Shown here in pieces: positions 10,380 to 20,497 of a stretch of DNA of 64,000 bases. The stretch is from a virus (taxonomy: Duplodnaviria > Caudoviricetes). The DNA is taken from IMG/VR virus record IMGVR_UViG_3300027759_003166. The stretch is one strand, 5' to 3'. A model generated the notes under the pieces. It saw only the letters and a program-made list of their open reading frames with translations. It did not search any database and was not told where the DNA came from. The position numbers and the translations under genes are program-made. How positions within the stretch are numbered: the stretch's first letter is position 1; the number at the start of each line of letters is the position of its first letter.

Positions 10380-10904
10380 TTAATGTACTCTTAGTTCAAT
10401 TGCATCTACTAACGCACTACACTTATGTGGCCAGTCTGGGTGGCTTTGAAATCTTACTACTACTCCAAATGTTGGGTTTTGTACAGTTGCTAACGATACA
10501 ATTGCTCCCCATTTATTAGTTTCTCCGCCGTATACCTTAGCGGTATCTAAACTTGATGTAGCTTGATTATCACCTAGAACATCTGCATCTAACCATAATT
10601 GTATAGTGTCGTCGGTTATTCTTCCATATCTATTCATAGATAATCGCATTTCAATGCCAGATACAGTATCTGGGAGTACGTTAAAATTAAATCCTGTAGC
10701 TTTTAAATAATAAGTTTTTTCCACAAAATCATGTTTTGGTTGTTTAGCAATGTGCAATAAATCTCTTGATGTTTTTACAAACTTACCATCACGATTTTTA
10801 AGTGAATAGAAATCACCCACGTCTAACCATGATACATGAAAATTTTCGGCATCGGGTTCGGCATATTGAGTTACAGATGTAGGGAGTGTCCAATTGGAAT
10901 TCAT
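10380..10904 (-). CDS. Hypothetical protein
   Basis: 174-aa ORF in the structural cluster; no motif recognised. Confidence 0.65.
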   Translation of the reverse strand: MNSNWTLPTSVTQYAEPDAENFHVSWLDVGDFYSLKNRDGKFVKTSRDLLHIAKQPKHDFVEKTYYLKATGFNFNVLPDTVSGIEMRLSMNRYGRITDDTIQLWLDADVLGDNQATSSLDTAKVYGGETNKWGAIVSLATVQNPTFGVVVRFQSHPDWPHKCSALVDAIELRVH

Positions 10905-10944
10905 ACCGTATTTACCTTAATCCATATACTACATAGTAAATGAA

Positions 10945-10968
10945 AAAAAGGCTCCGAAGAGCCTTTTT
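10945..10968 (-). terminator. Rho-independent terminator with C(UUCG)G tetraloop
   Basis: AAAAAGGCTC-CGAA-GAGCCTTTTT perfect stem; on the minus strand the loop is UUCG and a U7 run follows. Confidence 0.85.
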
Positions 10969-10984
10969 ATCTTATCTAAATATA

Positions 10985-11878
10985 TTAGATTGTATGTGCA
11001 ATACTAACAACCGTACCAGTTGCACCATTTAGTGTCCAACCAGTAGAAACACCGTTGCCTACTAAGAATGCAGTACTTACAGTTGATTGTACTACAACTG
11101 CTTTACGTGCAGTTAATTTCTTAACATAGTAAGTGCTTCCATTCCAATCTGTGGCAAGAATATTCATTGTGCCAGGGATAAGAAGAGAGGTAGCTGTCAA
11201 TATACATTGACCTTGCCCTTGAGTATTCTGAACCAAATAACGACGACTACTTTCTTGTTTAAGAATATCACCTCCGGTTATCTGTGATGAACCTGTAGTT
11301 AAATATGACGTAAATGTAATAGCATTTTGCGTGGTTGTTGACAATGCTGTGGTTACTGTAAGTCCAGTACCAACATCAAGTAATTGGATCGATCCTGAAA
11401 CGGCACCTGCATTAGCAGCACTAACAGTAACACGACCTTCGCCAATTGCTGTAACATATGTTGCACCAGCATTTATACCAGATCCTATAATCTTCATACC
11501 AATATATATATTTGAGGTAGTTAGATAAACTGTATTTTGACTAATTGTACCGGTACCTGCAACAGCTACACCAGACGCAGTTGTAACACTAACTGTTGCA
11601 GTTGATGTATAACCTGTACCAGGATTAGCTACAGTAACTCCTGTAATTCCGCCATATACAAACGCAAGAACCGGAGTACCAGTGGCTCTAATACCGCCTG
11701 CAATATTTGGTGCGCTAAACACTAATGTAGCACCTGTAGAATAGTTTGTACCAGAACTGCCAACAACCACTGTTGAAGCTACAGCTTCGCCGCCTACACC
11801 AGTTCTGCCACCAGTTGGATGATTTTGGTAAGGTGTATTTAAACTACCAAAGAATTTCTTTTTAATCGGACGTCCCAT
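10985..11878 (-). CDS. Virion structural protein (Thr/Gly/Val-rich, possible head decoration)
   Basis: 297 aa, AGGAG SD, own late promoter, directly downstream of the capsid gene; basic N-terminus MGRPIKKKFFG. Confidence 0.7.
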   Translation of the reverse strand: MGRPIKKKFFGSLNTPYQNHPTGGRTGVGGEAVASTVVVGSSGTNYSTGATLVFSAPNIAGGIRATGTPVLAFVYGGITGVTVANPGTGYTSTATVSVTTASGVAVAGTGTISQNTVYLTTSNIYIGMKIIGSGINAGATYVTAIGEGRVTVSAANAGAVSGSIQLLDVGTGLTVTTALSTTTQNAITFTSYLTTGSSQITGGDILKQESSRRYLVQNTQGQGQCILTATSLLIPGTMNILATDWNGSTYYVKKLTARKAVVVQSTVSTAFLVGNGVSTGWTLNGATGTVVSIAHTI

Positions 11879-11965
11879 TTTGTTTCTCCTTAAAATAAAC
11901 TAGTAGATTCTATCTACTACGCGGTGGGGTACCGCATAAATTCTCAGTATGAGAATGAACAATAC

Positions 11966-11973
11966 TATTTATA
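11966..11973 (-). promoter_or_regulatory. T4-type late promoter TATAAATA
   Basis: Exact T4 late consensus on the minus strand, just past the capsid terminator. Confidence 0.75.
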
Positions 11974-11985
11974 CCACGGCCAACA

Positions 11986-12009
11986 AAAAACCTGCCGAAG
12001 CAGGTTTTT
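11986..12009 (-). terminator. Rho-independent terminator after the major capsid gene, C(UUCG)G loop
   Basis: AAAAACCTGC-CGAA-GCAGGTTTTT perfect stem with A/T runs on both sides. Confidence 0.85.
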
Positions 12010-12030
12010 GTTTGTGTTACAAGTAACGGA

Positions 12031-13206
12031 TTACTTGAAGCTTACATTTGCGCTAGTGATAGCAACACGACCTAAGTAGTCAGCTGCATTACCTAGAGAA
12101 GAAGCTGTGTTGCTCAACTCTACATAACCGTAACGTGTTAGGAAGCCAACTACTGGCTCAAATGTTGCTGGATCTAGAACAACACCAGAGCTCATTAGAG
12201 GAATATATGGGCAATAGAACGCAGCAGCATCTGCTTCGCTAGTACCTTTGTATCCAACTAGAACTTGGTTTGCATCTGTGGCGTCGCTCATATAAGCGTC
12301 AACATAGATACGCATTGCACCATTCAATGTACCAACAAACTTAGTGTTTGTAGGAGCTTCGAATGTACCTTCTGTAGTACGAGCAAAAGCGCTGGTAGTA
12401 GCAGATTGTAGAATTGTCAATGCTTGGTTAGAAACAACAGCCCAGTTACCAGCACCACGACGTGTACGTTGAGCAATCAAGTTGCTTACGCGGTTGATCT
12501 GGATAGCTAGAGCGGCGTGCTCGTCACCAACGAATGTAGCTGTACCAGAAACTAGAGCCTGGTCATAAGTTTCTTCGGTGGAAGCCAAAGCACGTAGACT
12601 TGCTAGAATTTCTTGGTCAATTTCAGCTGTAATTTCTTGAGCTAAAGCAGCCATGATTTCTGCTTCGATGTCAATACCTTGTTGGGCTTGTGCATCTTGA
12701 GCAGCCTCAAATGTCCAACGAGCGCTTAGTTTACGTGACTTAGCTTCGACTGGAGTCTTCAAGATTTGGATGCTCATACGCTTGCCTGGTGTACCTTCTA
12801 GAGTAGAAGTTGCAGCAGCCTTGGAAACATTGTCACCGGAGTAAGCACTAGCAATCTTGAATGGGCTTAGAGCTTCTTCACCTGCTGTTACTGTATCACC
12901 GCCGGAAACGCCGTCAGCGTAGCGAACACGTAGAGTGTGGATTTGACCAACAGGGCCGGTCATAGGTTGAACACCGATGATTTCATTGGCAATAACTGTA
13001 GGCATTACACGACGAATAACTGGTAGAATAACACGGTTAAGTGTTGCAATGTTACCAGCGCTGGTTGATCCAGCAGTTGCGCTTTCAGACAAACTGCGAC
13101 GTGTATTCTCTAGGCAAACGCCCATGGATGCACGACGGTTACCAGTTAGGCCTTCAAGCAGAGCTTCTTTGGTCTCTGACCATCTTTCATTTAATAATTG
13201 TGACAT
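12031..13206 (-). CDS. gp23: Major capsid protein (T4 gp23 family)
   Basis: VIRRVMPTVIANEIIGVQPMTGPVGQIHTLR, KSRKLSARWTFEAAQD, AFYCPYIPL and FLTRYG are hallmark gp23 motifs. LSE may be a gp21 cleavage site. Confidence 0.95.
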   Translation of the reverse strand: MSQLLNERWSETKEALLEGLTGNRRASMGVCLENTRRSLSESATAGSTSAGNIATLNRVILPVIRRVMPTVIANEIIGVQPMTGPVGQIHTLRVRYADGVSGGDTVTAGEEALSPFKIASAYSGDNVSKAAATSTLEGTPGKRMSIQILKTPVEAKSRKLSARWTFEAAQDAQAQQGIDIEAEIMAALAQEITAEIDQEILASLRALASTEETYDQALVSGTATFVGDEHAALAIQINRVSNLIAQRTRRGAGNWAVVSNQALTILQSATTSAFARTTEGTFEAPTNTKFVGTLNGAMRIYVDAYMSDATDANQVLVGYKGTSEADAAAFYCPYIPLMSSGVVLDPATFEPVVGFLTRYGYVELSNTASSLGNAADYLGRVAITSANVSFK

Positions 13207-13226
13207 TTATGTCTCCTTGAATATAA

Positions 13227-14312
13227 TTATTTTAGACCCGCTAATTTGCGGATATCTAAGATGTTATCTAAGCCTACCTGTGGCTTGCTTTCTCGATTTC
13301 CAGTTACTTCAGAGCTTTCAGTTAATGTTGCTTTCGCTGTCTTAACTGCGGCACCTTCCATAACGGTGGGTAGGTATTTCTCAAATGCTACTGATAATTT
13401 CTTGGTCTCTACAGACTCAAGCAATTGATGCATTAGCGCTCTTTTTTCACCAGTGATTGGTGATAACAACTCAGCCATAACTTGCTTACGTTCCATTAAA
13501 TCTTTAGTAACACGGATTTCGCGGTCCTTAGATTCAACGATTGTAGCTTTTTGTGTTAAAGCTTCTTTTGTTTCGGCAAGTTCTTGATCTTTCTTAGCAA
13601 TGATCTTTAACAATTTACTTGTCTCAGACTTCTCATTTAGGAATGATGCAGAATACTCTTGTGCAAACGCTTCGTACAACTTACGACCAAAAGAGTTGTT
13701 ACGGGCACTATCGATATCTTCTTTCAATTGCTTGATTTCAGATTTCATTTGTTTAGTGACTGTAGCTTCTACTACTTGTGCGCTACGTTGAATGAAACGT
13801 TGTTTAATTTCTTCAAACTTACTCTTAGCTTCGCGAACTAACTTAACTTTCGTTTCAGCTAAATCACGCTTGTCCACTGCAAACTCTCTAATTTCTTTCG
13901 AAAGAGCGTGTACAATAAACTGTTCTAATTTGCCAAAGTTCTCAGCAACTTTCTTACGATCGCTTTGGAACTCTACAACTTCTTTGCCTAATTGTTTAAT
14001 AACAAAACCTTCTAGCTTTTTAGCATCTTCACTAATACGTTGTTGGTATTGTACTTTTGCTTCGGCTAGTGCTTTTTTGTCGTTATACAATTCGGCCATT
14101 TCTACGGCCAATCTGTCGCTTAACATCTTGTCGATTGCTTCAACCATAACAGTCTTATCATGACTGTATTTTTGTGCAAACTCTTCACGAAGTTCTGCGG
14201 TGACTTGGTCGCGATTCTCTTGAATTTTCTCTGCAAAGGCAGACTCAATAACAGACTTTACGTCTTCTGTCATTGCTCCTGACTCTACTAATTGTTTGAA
14301 TGCGTCCAACAT
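13227..14312 (-). CDS. gp22: Prohead scaffolding protein (gp22-like)
   Basis: 361 aa, coiled-coil and E/K-rich, positioned between the protease and capsid genes. Confidence 0.8.
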   Translation of the reverse strand: MLDAFKQLVESGAMTEDVKSVIESAFAEKIQENRDQVTAELREEFAQKYSHDKTVMVEAIDKMLSDRLAVEMAELYNDKKALAEAKVQYQQRISEDAKKLEGFVIKQLGKEVVEFQSDRKKVAENFGKLEQFIVHALSKEIREFAVDKRDLAETKVKLVREAKSKFEEIKQRFIQRSAQVVEATVTKQMKSEIKQLKEDIDSARNNSFGRKLYEAFAQEYSASFLNEKSETSKLLKIIAKKDQELAETKEALTQKATIVESKDREIRVTKDLMERKQVMAELLSPITGEKRALMHQLLESVETKKLSVAFEKYLPTVMEGAAVKTAKATLTESSEVTGNRESKPQVGLDNILDIRKLAGLK

Positions 14313-14328
14313 TTTTTTCTCCTCGGGC

Positions 14329-14958
14329 TTATTTTAGACCTTTAATAATATTAAGGAGTGATTCCTTGATATATTTCTGGGCCTTTGGATCTTCTTTTAC
14401 TTCTCTAGCAACATTAAAGGCACGATTTCCACCTCGGCTGTTCATGAGATGCTCATAAACAGGAGTAGGATATGCACCAGGTGCGCTAGGTTGTGCAACT
14501 ACATCTACTGTGATAATCTCAAAATCGGATACTTTGCCAGACATTTCGTCAACGTTGCCGCTGCCTCTACTACTGACACCTAGTTTCACTCCGCTTTCAA
14601 GCATAGTACGAATTAAGTTGCCCATCGGTGTTGGCAAAATTTTCATCTTGCCATAACCATTAGGACCTTCCATCCACATCTGAGTAATCATATGGGATAC
14701 ACGATCCAAATTCACTTTAAGATCATCTGGATGATCTACTTCACCTAATACAGAGTAACCACTTTGTAGTTGATCATTTAGTGTTTTCACAGCACGTTCA
14801 ATTTCATCTACTGGGTAGACTCTTTGATTAGCATTGCGAATACCACCTTGGATAGCAATACCTTTTAAGTAAAGGCTTTTGCCATCCTTGTCATCCGACT
14901 CCATAACGATGCCGGATTGATCAAAACTTAGGTGTTCTCTTAGATAAGATACTTTCAT
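14329..14958 (-). CDS. gp21: Prohead protease (gp21, peptidase S77-like)
   Basis: GEVDHP (catalytic His), GVSSRGSG (catalytic Ser), DVVAQPSAPGAY. Confidence 0.93.
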   Translation of the reverse strand: MKVSYLREHLSFDQSGIVMESDDKDGKSLYLKGIAIQGGIRNANQRVYPVDEIERAVKTLNDQLQSGYSVLGEVDHPDDLKVNLDRVSHMITQMWMEGPNGYGKMKILPTPMGNLIRTMLESGVKLGVSSRGSGNVDEMSGKVSDFEIITVDVVAQPSAPGAYPTPVYEHLMNSRGGNRAFNVAREVKEDPKAQKYIKESLLNIIKGLK

Positions 14959-14971
14959 CCTAGTGCTCTAA

Positions 14972-15964
14972 TTAATTAGCTGGCTTTAAGAATTGTTTTA
15001 CAGGATTAACACTGGTTTGACCAGCTTTATCACCTGTACCAGAACCTACTGGGCCTGGGCCAGAACCTTTCTTCTCGGCACCGTGTCCACCTTTGACAGC
15101 GGATAGGTTCTTAACACCCATCTTGCCGCCAGGAACATTACCGTTGCCGCTAGCAAACTTTTCACCAGCAGTTTTTGTAATACCGTTGTTTACTTTGTTA
15201 GGGCTTGTACCAGTGTTGTTTTGACCTTCTGTAGAACCTTGTACCAAGTTTCTACCATTTACATTTGCTGGACCTGGCTTGTTTTTACCAGAAGCAATTG
15301 GGCTACGGCCTTCTTGTGGAGCACTTTCTTTGTCACCAGTGCCTGCACCTGCGTACTGACCTTGTGTCTTTTGGCTGTTCTTTTCCCAGTCGTTACCAAC
15401 TTTCTCTACGTATTCACGTGTAACGCGACGACCTTCATGCATACCCATCATCATGCCTTCGTCTTCGTCATCCATACCCATTTCTGGCTCTTCTTCACCA
15501 CCAAAATCACCGTGTGATGCTTCACCGCCTTGGGCTTGTTCTAGTTCAGCAAAGGCTGCTTCAAGTTCTTGAATAGCAGTTTTAATGTCCATGATTGCGT
15601 TATCTTCTTGACTTTCTGGATCTTCTTCGCCACCCATATCGTCACCACCAATATCAGAACCAAACTCATCAGTAGCATCACCAGATGCACTCATTGGATC
15701 TTCGTCGTCAGCTTCCATACTGTAGGAATCTTCTAAGTCCATATTTTCTTCAACAGACTCTTCTTGATCTTCTTCTGCTTCTTCAACAGACTCTTCTTGA
15801 TCTTCTTCTGCTTCTTCAACAGACTCTTCTTCTGCTTCTTCAGCAATTAAATTTTCATAAATTTCTCTAGACTTCTCAACAACGATAGCGTGGAAAAGCT
15901 CACTGGCTTTTTCACTTTCTTCGTTAACAATGAGATCTAACAGTTGTTCAAACTTTGTAGACAT
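14972..15964 (-). CDS. Acidic prohead core protein (gp67-like position)
   Basis: Start reassigned to ATG 15964 (MSTKFEQ), with AGGAG at 15974-15978. Highly acidic N-half and G/N/K-rich C-half; lies upstream of the protease. Confidence 0.7.
   Translation of the reverse strand: MSTKFEQLLDLIVNEESEKASELFHAIVVEKSREIYENLIAEEAEEESVEEAEEDQEESVEEAEEDQEESVEENMDLEDSYSMEADDEDPMSASGDATDEFGSDIGGDDMGGEEDPESQEDNAIMDIKTAIQELEAAFAELEQAQGGEASHGDFGGEEEPEMGMDDEDEGMMMGMHEGRRVTREYVEKVGNDWEKNSQKTQGQYAGAGTGDKESAPQEGRSPIASGKNKPGPANVNGRNLVQGSTEGQNNTGTSPNKVNNGITKTAGEKFASGNGNVPGGKMGVKNLSAVKGGHGAEKKGSGPGPVGSGTGDKAGQTSVNPVKQFLKPAN
15747..15830. repeat. 33-nt tandem repeat, 2.5 copies (EEAEEDQEESV)
   Basis: TCTTCAACAGACTCTTCTTGATCTTCTTCTGCT x2 plus a partial third copy, in frame. 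Confidence 0.9.
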
Positions 15965-16117
15965 GCGTGTATTCTCCTTAATTAGATTGCGCGGCAAGGC
16001 TGTATTGTGTGTATATTTAAATCAATTTAAATAAAGGCACACGAAACAGGCCTAAAACGAGTCATTATTGATCGTTTGTGGCATTTTTTTGACAAATTTT
16101 ATCAAATTTAGCAAAAT

Positions 16118-16363
16118 TTATACAGGTGCTGCCTCAGGAGGAGGTGCTGCATACATCTTTCTTACTAAACCTAACTCTTCTTTTTTCTCTTGTTCTCTTG
16201 CATCTCCAGCTTTACGTAGATCGTTTAACATACGTAGAGTTAGTCTAGTTTTGCGAAGATCTTTTGACTTTAATACGCTAGTATCATTGTCAGAATTATA
16301 TCTCAAATCATCAACTGGATCTGATTGTTGACCATCAAAATATATGAACTCGTTTAATAACAT
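16118..16363 (-). CDS. Small head-module protein
   Basis: 81 aa between the portal and core genes; ATAAATA immediately upstream (16369-16375). Confidence 0.7.
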   Translation of the reverse strand: MLLNEFIYFDGQQSDPVDDLRYNSDNDTSVLKSKDLRKTRLTLRMLNDLRKAGDAREQEKKEELGLVRKMYAAPPPEAAPV

Positions 16364-16368
16364 ATGAA

Positions 16369-16375
16369 TATTTAT
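16369..16375 (-). promoter_or_regulatory. Late promoter core ATAAATA overlapping the portal stop codon
   Basis: Motif match a few nt upstream of ATG 16363. Confidence 0.5.
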
Positions 16376-18102
16376 GCTGCTGGCGCAGGTTCTGTTGCCG
16401 GTGGAGAGCCCGGAGCGCCTGGTTCTGCGCCTGGTTCTGTTGGTTCAGGCGCTTCTGTAGCAGCATTTAATCCTGATATATCCGAACCTATGTTATTAGC
16501 AGTGATACCTATGCTTCTAAGTTCTGCACTTGCCGGTAATGTAGCATCATCATCTACATTTTCTTCGCGCCATAGTGTTTCGTTTTCTGCAACTTCTTCT
16601 GCACTTAATCCTAAGAAACGTTTTAATGCAAAACGCTTGCTGATCATTGGAATAGCAACCATAGTGTTAAATGTATTAACACGGGCTGTATCCATTTCTG
16701 CTTGACGATAACTGGCAAAATTCTGTGGAGGATTGAATTTAACTTCAAAAATATTGCTATCTACATTGATACCTTTAGTGTGTAAGTACAGTTTAAACTC
16801 TGTGTCAAACTGCTCATTCATTAAACTTTGGAGTCTTTCGCAGTATTTGTTGAATCGGAGTTCTTGTATATAGGCTGTCCCAACTCGTCCGTCATTGAAG
16901 CTGCTTCCGCCATCATCTGCACCAGTAGGTAGATAACTGCTAGGAATCCGCAAAGCTCTAAAAAGTTTATTAGTAAAGTAGCGAAGGTCATCAATCTCTC
17001 CTAAGTTAGTACCGCCTGGTAATGTTTCAACTTTACTGCCTCTGCCCTCTGCAGTTTGTGGGAAAAAGTAATCTTCATTAATGCTTAATGGGTTATAACC
17101 TGAATCAACTACGCTTTGTCCACCACCTGTGGCACTAGGAATTCTACGTTGATTTACTTCGTTTTTAACACGCTCAACAAAACTCATAGCTAAATGGCTA
17201 GGCATATTTCCTACGTCAATGTAAAAAATTCTACGCTCAGGCGCCCGTTGTATACGGTAGATTAGAATAGCATCTTCTAATAATTCTTTTTGTTTATATA
17301 CTTTAAACACACTTTCTAACAAACTTGTACCAAATGGATAGTTGTTATCAAGCCCTTCACTCATGCTAATATGTATAACATGGCGTGCATCTATTGCATA
17401 TTGATTTTCTGTTTTTGTAAATCTACTGCCAGAAATATTACTCGGATATGATCCAGTCATTCCCCTGCTGCCGCCTGCACCGCCTTGTCCTGAACTATAG
17501 CCGCCACCAGCATATTGACTACCACCACCTGTGATATTACTAGGGTTAATAGCTGTAGTAGCCAGTGTTTCTAAGTTAGGGTTAAAGTCACGAATCATGT
17601 ATTGTTCAGGCTTTTTACCTTCTGATTCGTTGACAATAATACGATCTACTTTAGTAGGATCAATGTACATCCACGACTGAGTTTCTGGATCTCTAACAAA
17701 GAAAGTATCACCGTATTTGAAACTATTGCGTACAATTTTAAATATTCGTGTTTGAAATTTGTTTAGTTTAGTCCACTGCTGCATGTACTTTCTAATGATC
17801 TTAATCTCTGTACTTGTAGCTTGTTCTTTGAAAAATACCTGAAAAGGTGTTCCGTTTTCTTCGTTGGCCTGACTGCAAAACTCTGCTAAAATGTCCAATG
17901 CAGCATTAACTTCACTATCTGCATCCATGGTATCATATTGACCATAACGCTCTAAGCGATTTGGATGTCCTGAATAAACATCGGGCAAATAGCTGGAATA
18001 ATTGCGATGTTGAGGGCTGGCGTGTGCTCCAGATGAGCCGCTAACAGGGCTCAACGTTCCTGATGCGTTAACTGGAGTAAAATACTTTTTCCATCCGGCC
18101 AT
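16372..18102 (-). CDS. gp20: Portal vertex protein (gp20)
   Basis: LLEDAILIYRIQRAPERRIFYIDVGNMP, EDYFFPQTAEGRGSKVETLPGG, KLFRALRIPSS. Confidence 0.95.
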   Translation of the reverse strand: MAGWKKYFTPVNASGTLSPVSGSSGAHASPQHRNYSSYLPDVYSGHPNRLERYGQYDTMDADSEVNAALDILAEFCSQANEENGTPFQVFFKEQATSTEIKIIRKYMQQWTKLNKFQTRIFKIVRNSFKYGDTFFVRDPETQSWMYIDPTKVDRIIVNESEGKKPEQYMIRDFNPNLETLATTAINPSNITGGGSQYAGGGYSSGQGGAGGSRGMTGSYPSNISGSRFTKTENQYAIDARHVIHISMSEGLDNNYPFGTSLLESVFKVYKQKELLEDAILIYRIQRAPERRIFYIDVGNMPSHLAMSFVERVKNEVNQRRIPSATGGGQSVVDSGYNPLSINEDYFFPQTAEGRGSKVETLPGGTNLGEIDDLRYFTNKLFRALRIPSSYLPTGADDGGSSFNDGRVGTAYIQELRFNKYCERLQSLMNEQFDTEFKLYLHTKGINVDSNIFEVKFNPPQNFASYRQAEMDTARVNTFNTMVAIPMISKRFALKRFLGLSAEEVAENETLWREENVDDDATLPASAELRSIGITANNIGSDISGLNAATEAPEPTEPGAEPGAPGSPPATEPAPAA

Positions 18103-18113
18103 TATCTATATCC

Positions 18114-20411
18114 TTAAAATTTATAACCATTACCACTTAAACCTTTTACCGCACTCAGGGTTCGTTTAGTGTAATCTACATTTTCTTTCATTGCTTTTAG
18201 CATTTCTTCTGTCATCGTATTTAAGCGTTTCATCTCACTTGCAACATTATTTCCATTATCACCGCGAGTTTCAACGGTTTTTTCAGTAGTAGTTGCGGCA
18301 GTTTCAGACGGGCCAACTACTTTGCTTACCATAGCTGCAATACCTATCTTAATAATATCGCCAGCAGTTGGTGTAGCATCTTTAACTTTTTGTAAAGCGT
18401 TGGCTACTCTGTCTAATTTGTCTACATCTATGCTGGCAAGTTTGCTTGCACCATCTGCAAGTAGACTTAATCCAAGTCCTGCAGGCATTGCAAACAAGGC
18501 AAACGGACCAAACGTCATTAAACTAAGTCCTAATGCACCTATCCCTAACGAAACAGATAATAAATTTCCACCATTAATGTCTGCAATTTTTCCTAATCCT
18601 TCAGCAAGTGTCGGTAATGCTTTGCCCATTAGCCAAGATGCAGCGGCAAAAGCAGCTCCAAGCATTACTATTACTGCCGAAAGTACTGCTCCACCTTTTA
18701 ATGCTCCTAGGCCAAACGATCCTAATCCTGTGGAAATTCCTGTTAATGTTCCTCCAATACCACCGCCTTCTTTTCCAAGAGCATCTAGTGGACCACTGTT
18801 TTTATTCCTGCCTAACACACCGCCAACAGCATCCATTACACCGCCAGTGGCTTTTTTAGCTTGTTCTAATGCAAAAGTTTTTGCTTCCCACGTCCATGCT
18901 GCTGCTTTATAAACAGCATATCCTGCTAGTAAATTAGATACCAATCCAAGAGAGTCTATTATTTTTGCAAACCCTTTGGTCAGCAACCCAATAAATCCAA
19001 ACAAGTAAGTCACTGCTGTAATAAGAGGACTAAATGCATTCCATAACGCCGCTCCAAGATCTTTCAGGCCTGACATAGCTTTTTCCATTTGTTGGGCCTG
19101 TGTGTTTTCTAATTTTTGCCTTTCCATGGCTTTTCTACGATCTTCGTCAGTTTGTTGAGCAAACTTATTAGCACTAGTTTGACCAATTTGTATCATTTTT
19201 CCTAATTCCCCACCGCTGGCTATTAATGCTGCTTTTTGTGCATCATTAAATTTACCCATGTCTTGTTGGATACCATTAGCTGCTTGGAAAAGATTTTCAT
19301 TCATATCTGCAGTTGTCTTGGTACTATCAGTGACATTTATAGCAGATTGTGTAATTGCCTGACTTGCATTGCCCATGGTAGTTTGGAATATCTGTGCTTC
19401 CTTGCTCATTGCCGGGATACCTAATATCCTTGCTTGGAAAGAATCTACTGCACCCTTGCCACCTGTTGCTAAAGCATTAGCCATTCCTAGTAATGCTTTC
19501 TTTCTTTCATCCTCACTCATTCCTTGCAATTTAGCCTGGAACATGGCATTTGCTGATGCTTCTTTTAATGCTTTTTGTTGTTCTTCCCTTGATTCACCTG
19601 TGATCCGGGCTAAGCCATCGAGCTGTTCCATATATTCGGCCGATGCTTCTGTAATTTTATTTGTATTTTGTAATTCTTTTTGTGTTCTTCCACCAGACAT
19701 AGTAAGGTATGATGCTAGCCCTTCATTTACTTGTTCTGTAGTATAACCTAAGTCCATCAAATGAGCTCCAGCATTACTTTTTATTAAACTGCTACTCAAT
19801 GCTACAAAGTTTTTAGAACCTTGATCTGCTGTTCCGCCTAGCATAGATAAGAGTTGACTATTTTTTCTTACAACATTTTGAAATTGATCTAAAGTGAGAT
19901 ATGTTGAAAGTGCGCCTTGACGCAGATCGTTTAAACTTCCACCAAACCCAACTCCTACATCAGTTAATTTCTGATAACCATCAAAATTCTGTTGTTGTAT
20001 GTTTGCTAGTTTTTCAAACCCTGCTGCTAGTGTACTAATAATAGGGCCAGCATTTCTAAATGCGCTGAATACATCGCTTACTTGAGCAGTACCGTCCACT
20101 AACTTAGTCATGGACTCATTTAACTGTGCTATTATATATGAATTTCTATTATGGCGCTCGTACTCTTTTTGTATTGCTTGAGTATTTTGAACAGTAGCTA
20201 CTGTTTCTTGTTTCTGAGCTTCTGTACCTGCTAAGATTTCTTCTTCGAAATTTTTTAATTCAATATCTGGAAATGTTTTTTTAGCTATATCGAGAAGATT
20301 TTTAGAATCTATTTGGGCAATCTTAAGCAAGGCCGCGAGAGTAGACTCGGTGGCCGCATTATTAAGACTTACATTATCAGCGCCTATTGATCCAGTTACA
20401 TTTCCTGCCAT
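18114..20411 (-). CDS. Tape-measure-like protein
   Basis: 765 aa, long helical A/Q/K-rich region followed by hydrophobic Gly/Ala/Leu-rich segments typical of tape-measure/ejected proteins. Confidence 0.65.
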   Translation of the reverse strand: MAGNVTGSIGADNVSLNNAATESTLAALLKIAQIDSKNLLDIAKKTFPDIELKNFEEEILAGTEAQKQETVATVQNTQAIQKEYERHNRNSYIIAQLNESMTKLVDGTAQVSDVFSAFRNAGPIISTLAAGFEKLANIQQQNFDGYQKLTDVGVGFGGSLNDLRQGALSTYLTLDQFQNVVRKNSQLLSMLGGTADQGSKNFVALSSSLIKSNAGAHLMDLGYTTEQVNEGLASYLTMSGGRTQKELQNTNKITEASAEYMEQLDGLARITGESREEQQKALKEASANAMFQAKLQGMSEDERKKALLGMANALATGGKGAVDSFQARILGIPAMSKEAQIFQTTMGNASQAITQSAINVTDSTKTTADMNENLFQAANGIQQDMGKFNDAQKAALIASGGELGKMIQIGQTSANKFAQQTDEDRRKAMERQKLENTQAQQMEKAMSGLKDLGAALWNAFSPLITAVTYLFGFIGLLTKGFAKIIDSLGLVSNLLAGYAVYKAAAWTWEAKTFALEQAKKATGGVMDAVGGVLGRNKNSGPLDALGKEGGGIGGTLTGISTGLGSFGLGALKGGAVLSAVIVMLGAAFAAASWLMGKALPTLAEGLGKIADINGGNLLSVSLGIGALGLSLMTFGPFALFAMPAGLGLSLLADGASKLASIDVDKLDRVANALQKVKDATPTAGDIIKIGIAAMVSKVVGPSETAATTTEKTVETRGDNGNNVASEMKRLNTMTEEMLKAMKENVDYTKRTLSAVKGLSGNGYKF

Positions 20412-20435
20412 TGTTTTTCACTCGTTCTGTGCGTA

Positions 20436-20443
20436 TATAAATA
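20436..20443 (+). promoter_or_regulatory. Late promoter TATAAATA for the gp26-like gene
   Basis: Exact consensus 55 nt upstream of ATG 20498. Confidence 0.7.
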
Positions 20444-20477
20444 ATATACAACAACGAGTTTCGCTGTTATATCAAGT

Positions 20478-20484
20478 TATTTAT
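20478..20484 (-). promoter_or_regulatory. Late promoter core ATAAATA for the tape-measure-like gene
   Basis: Motif on the minus strand, ~67 nt upstream of ATG 20411. Confidence 0.55.
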
Positions 20485-20497
20485 CGGAGAAAAATAT

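Noticed and set aside
15747-15830. 33-nt direct repeats as a CRISPR array
   Set aside because: The copies are contiguous with no spacers and lie in frame inside a coding gene; no cas genes nearby.
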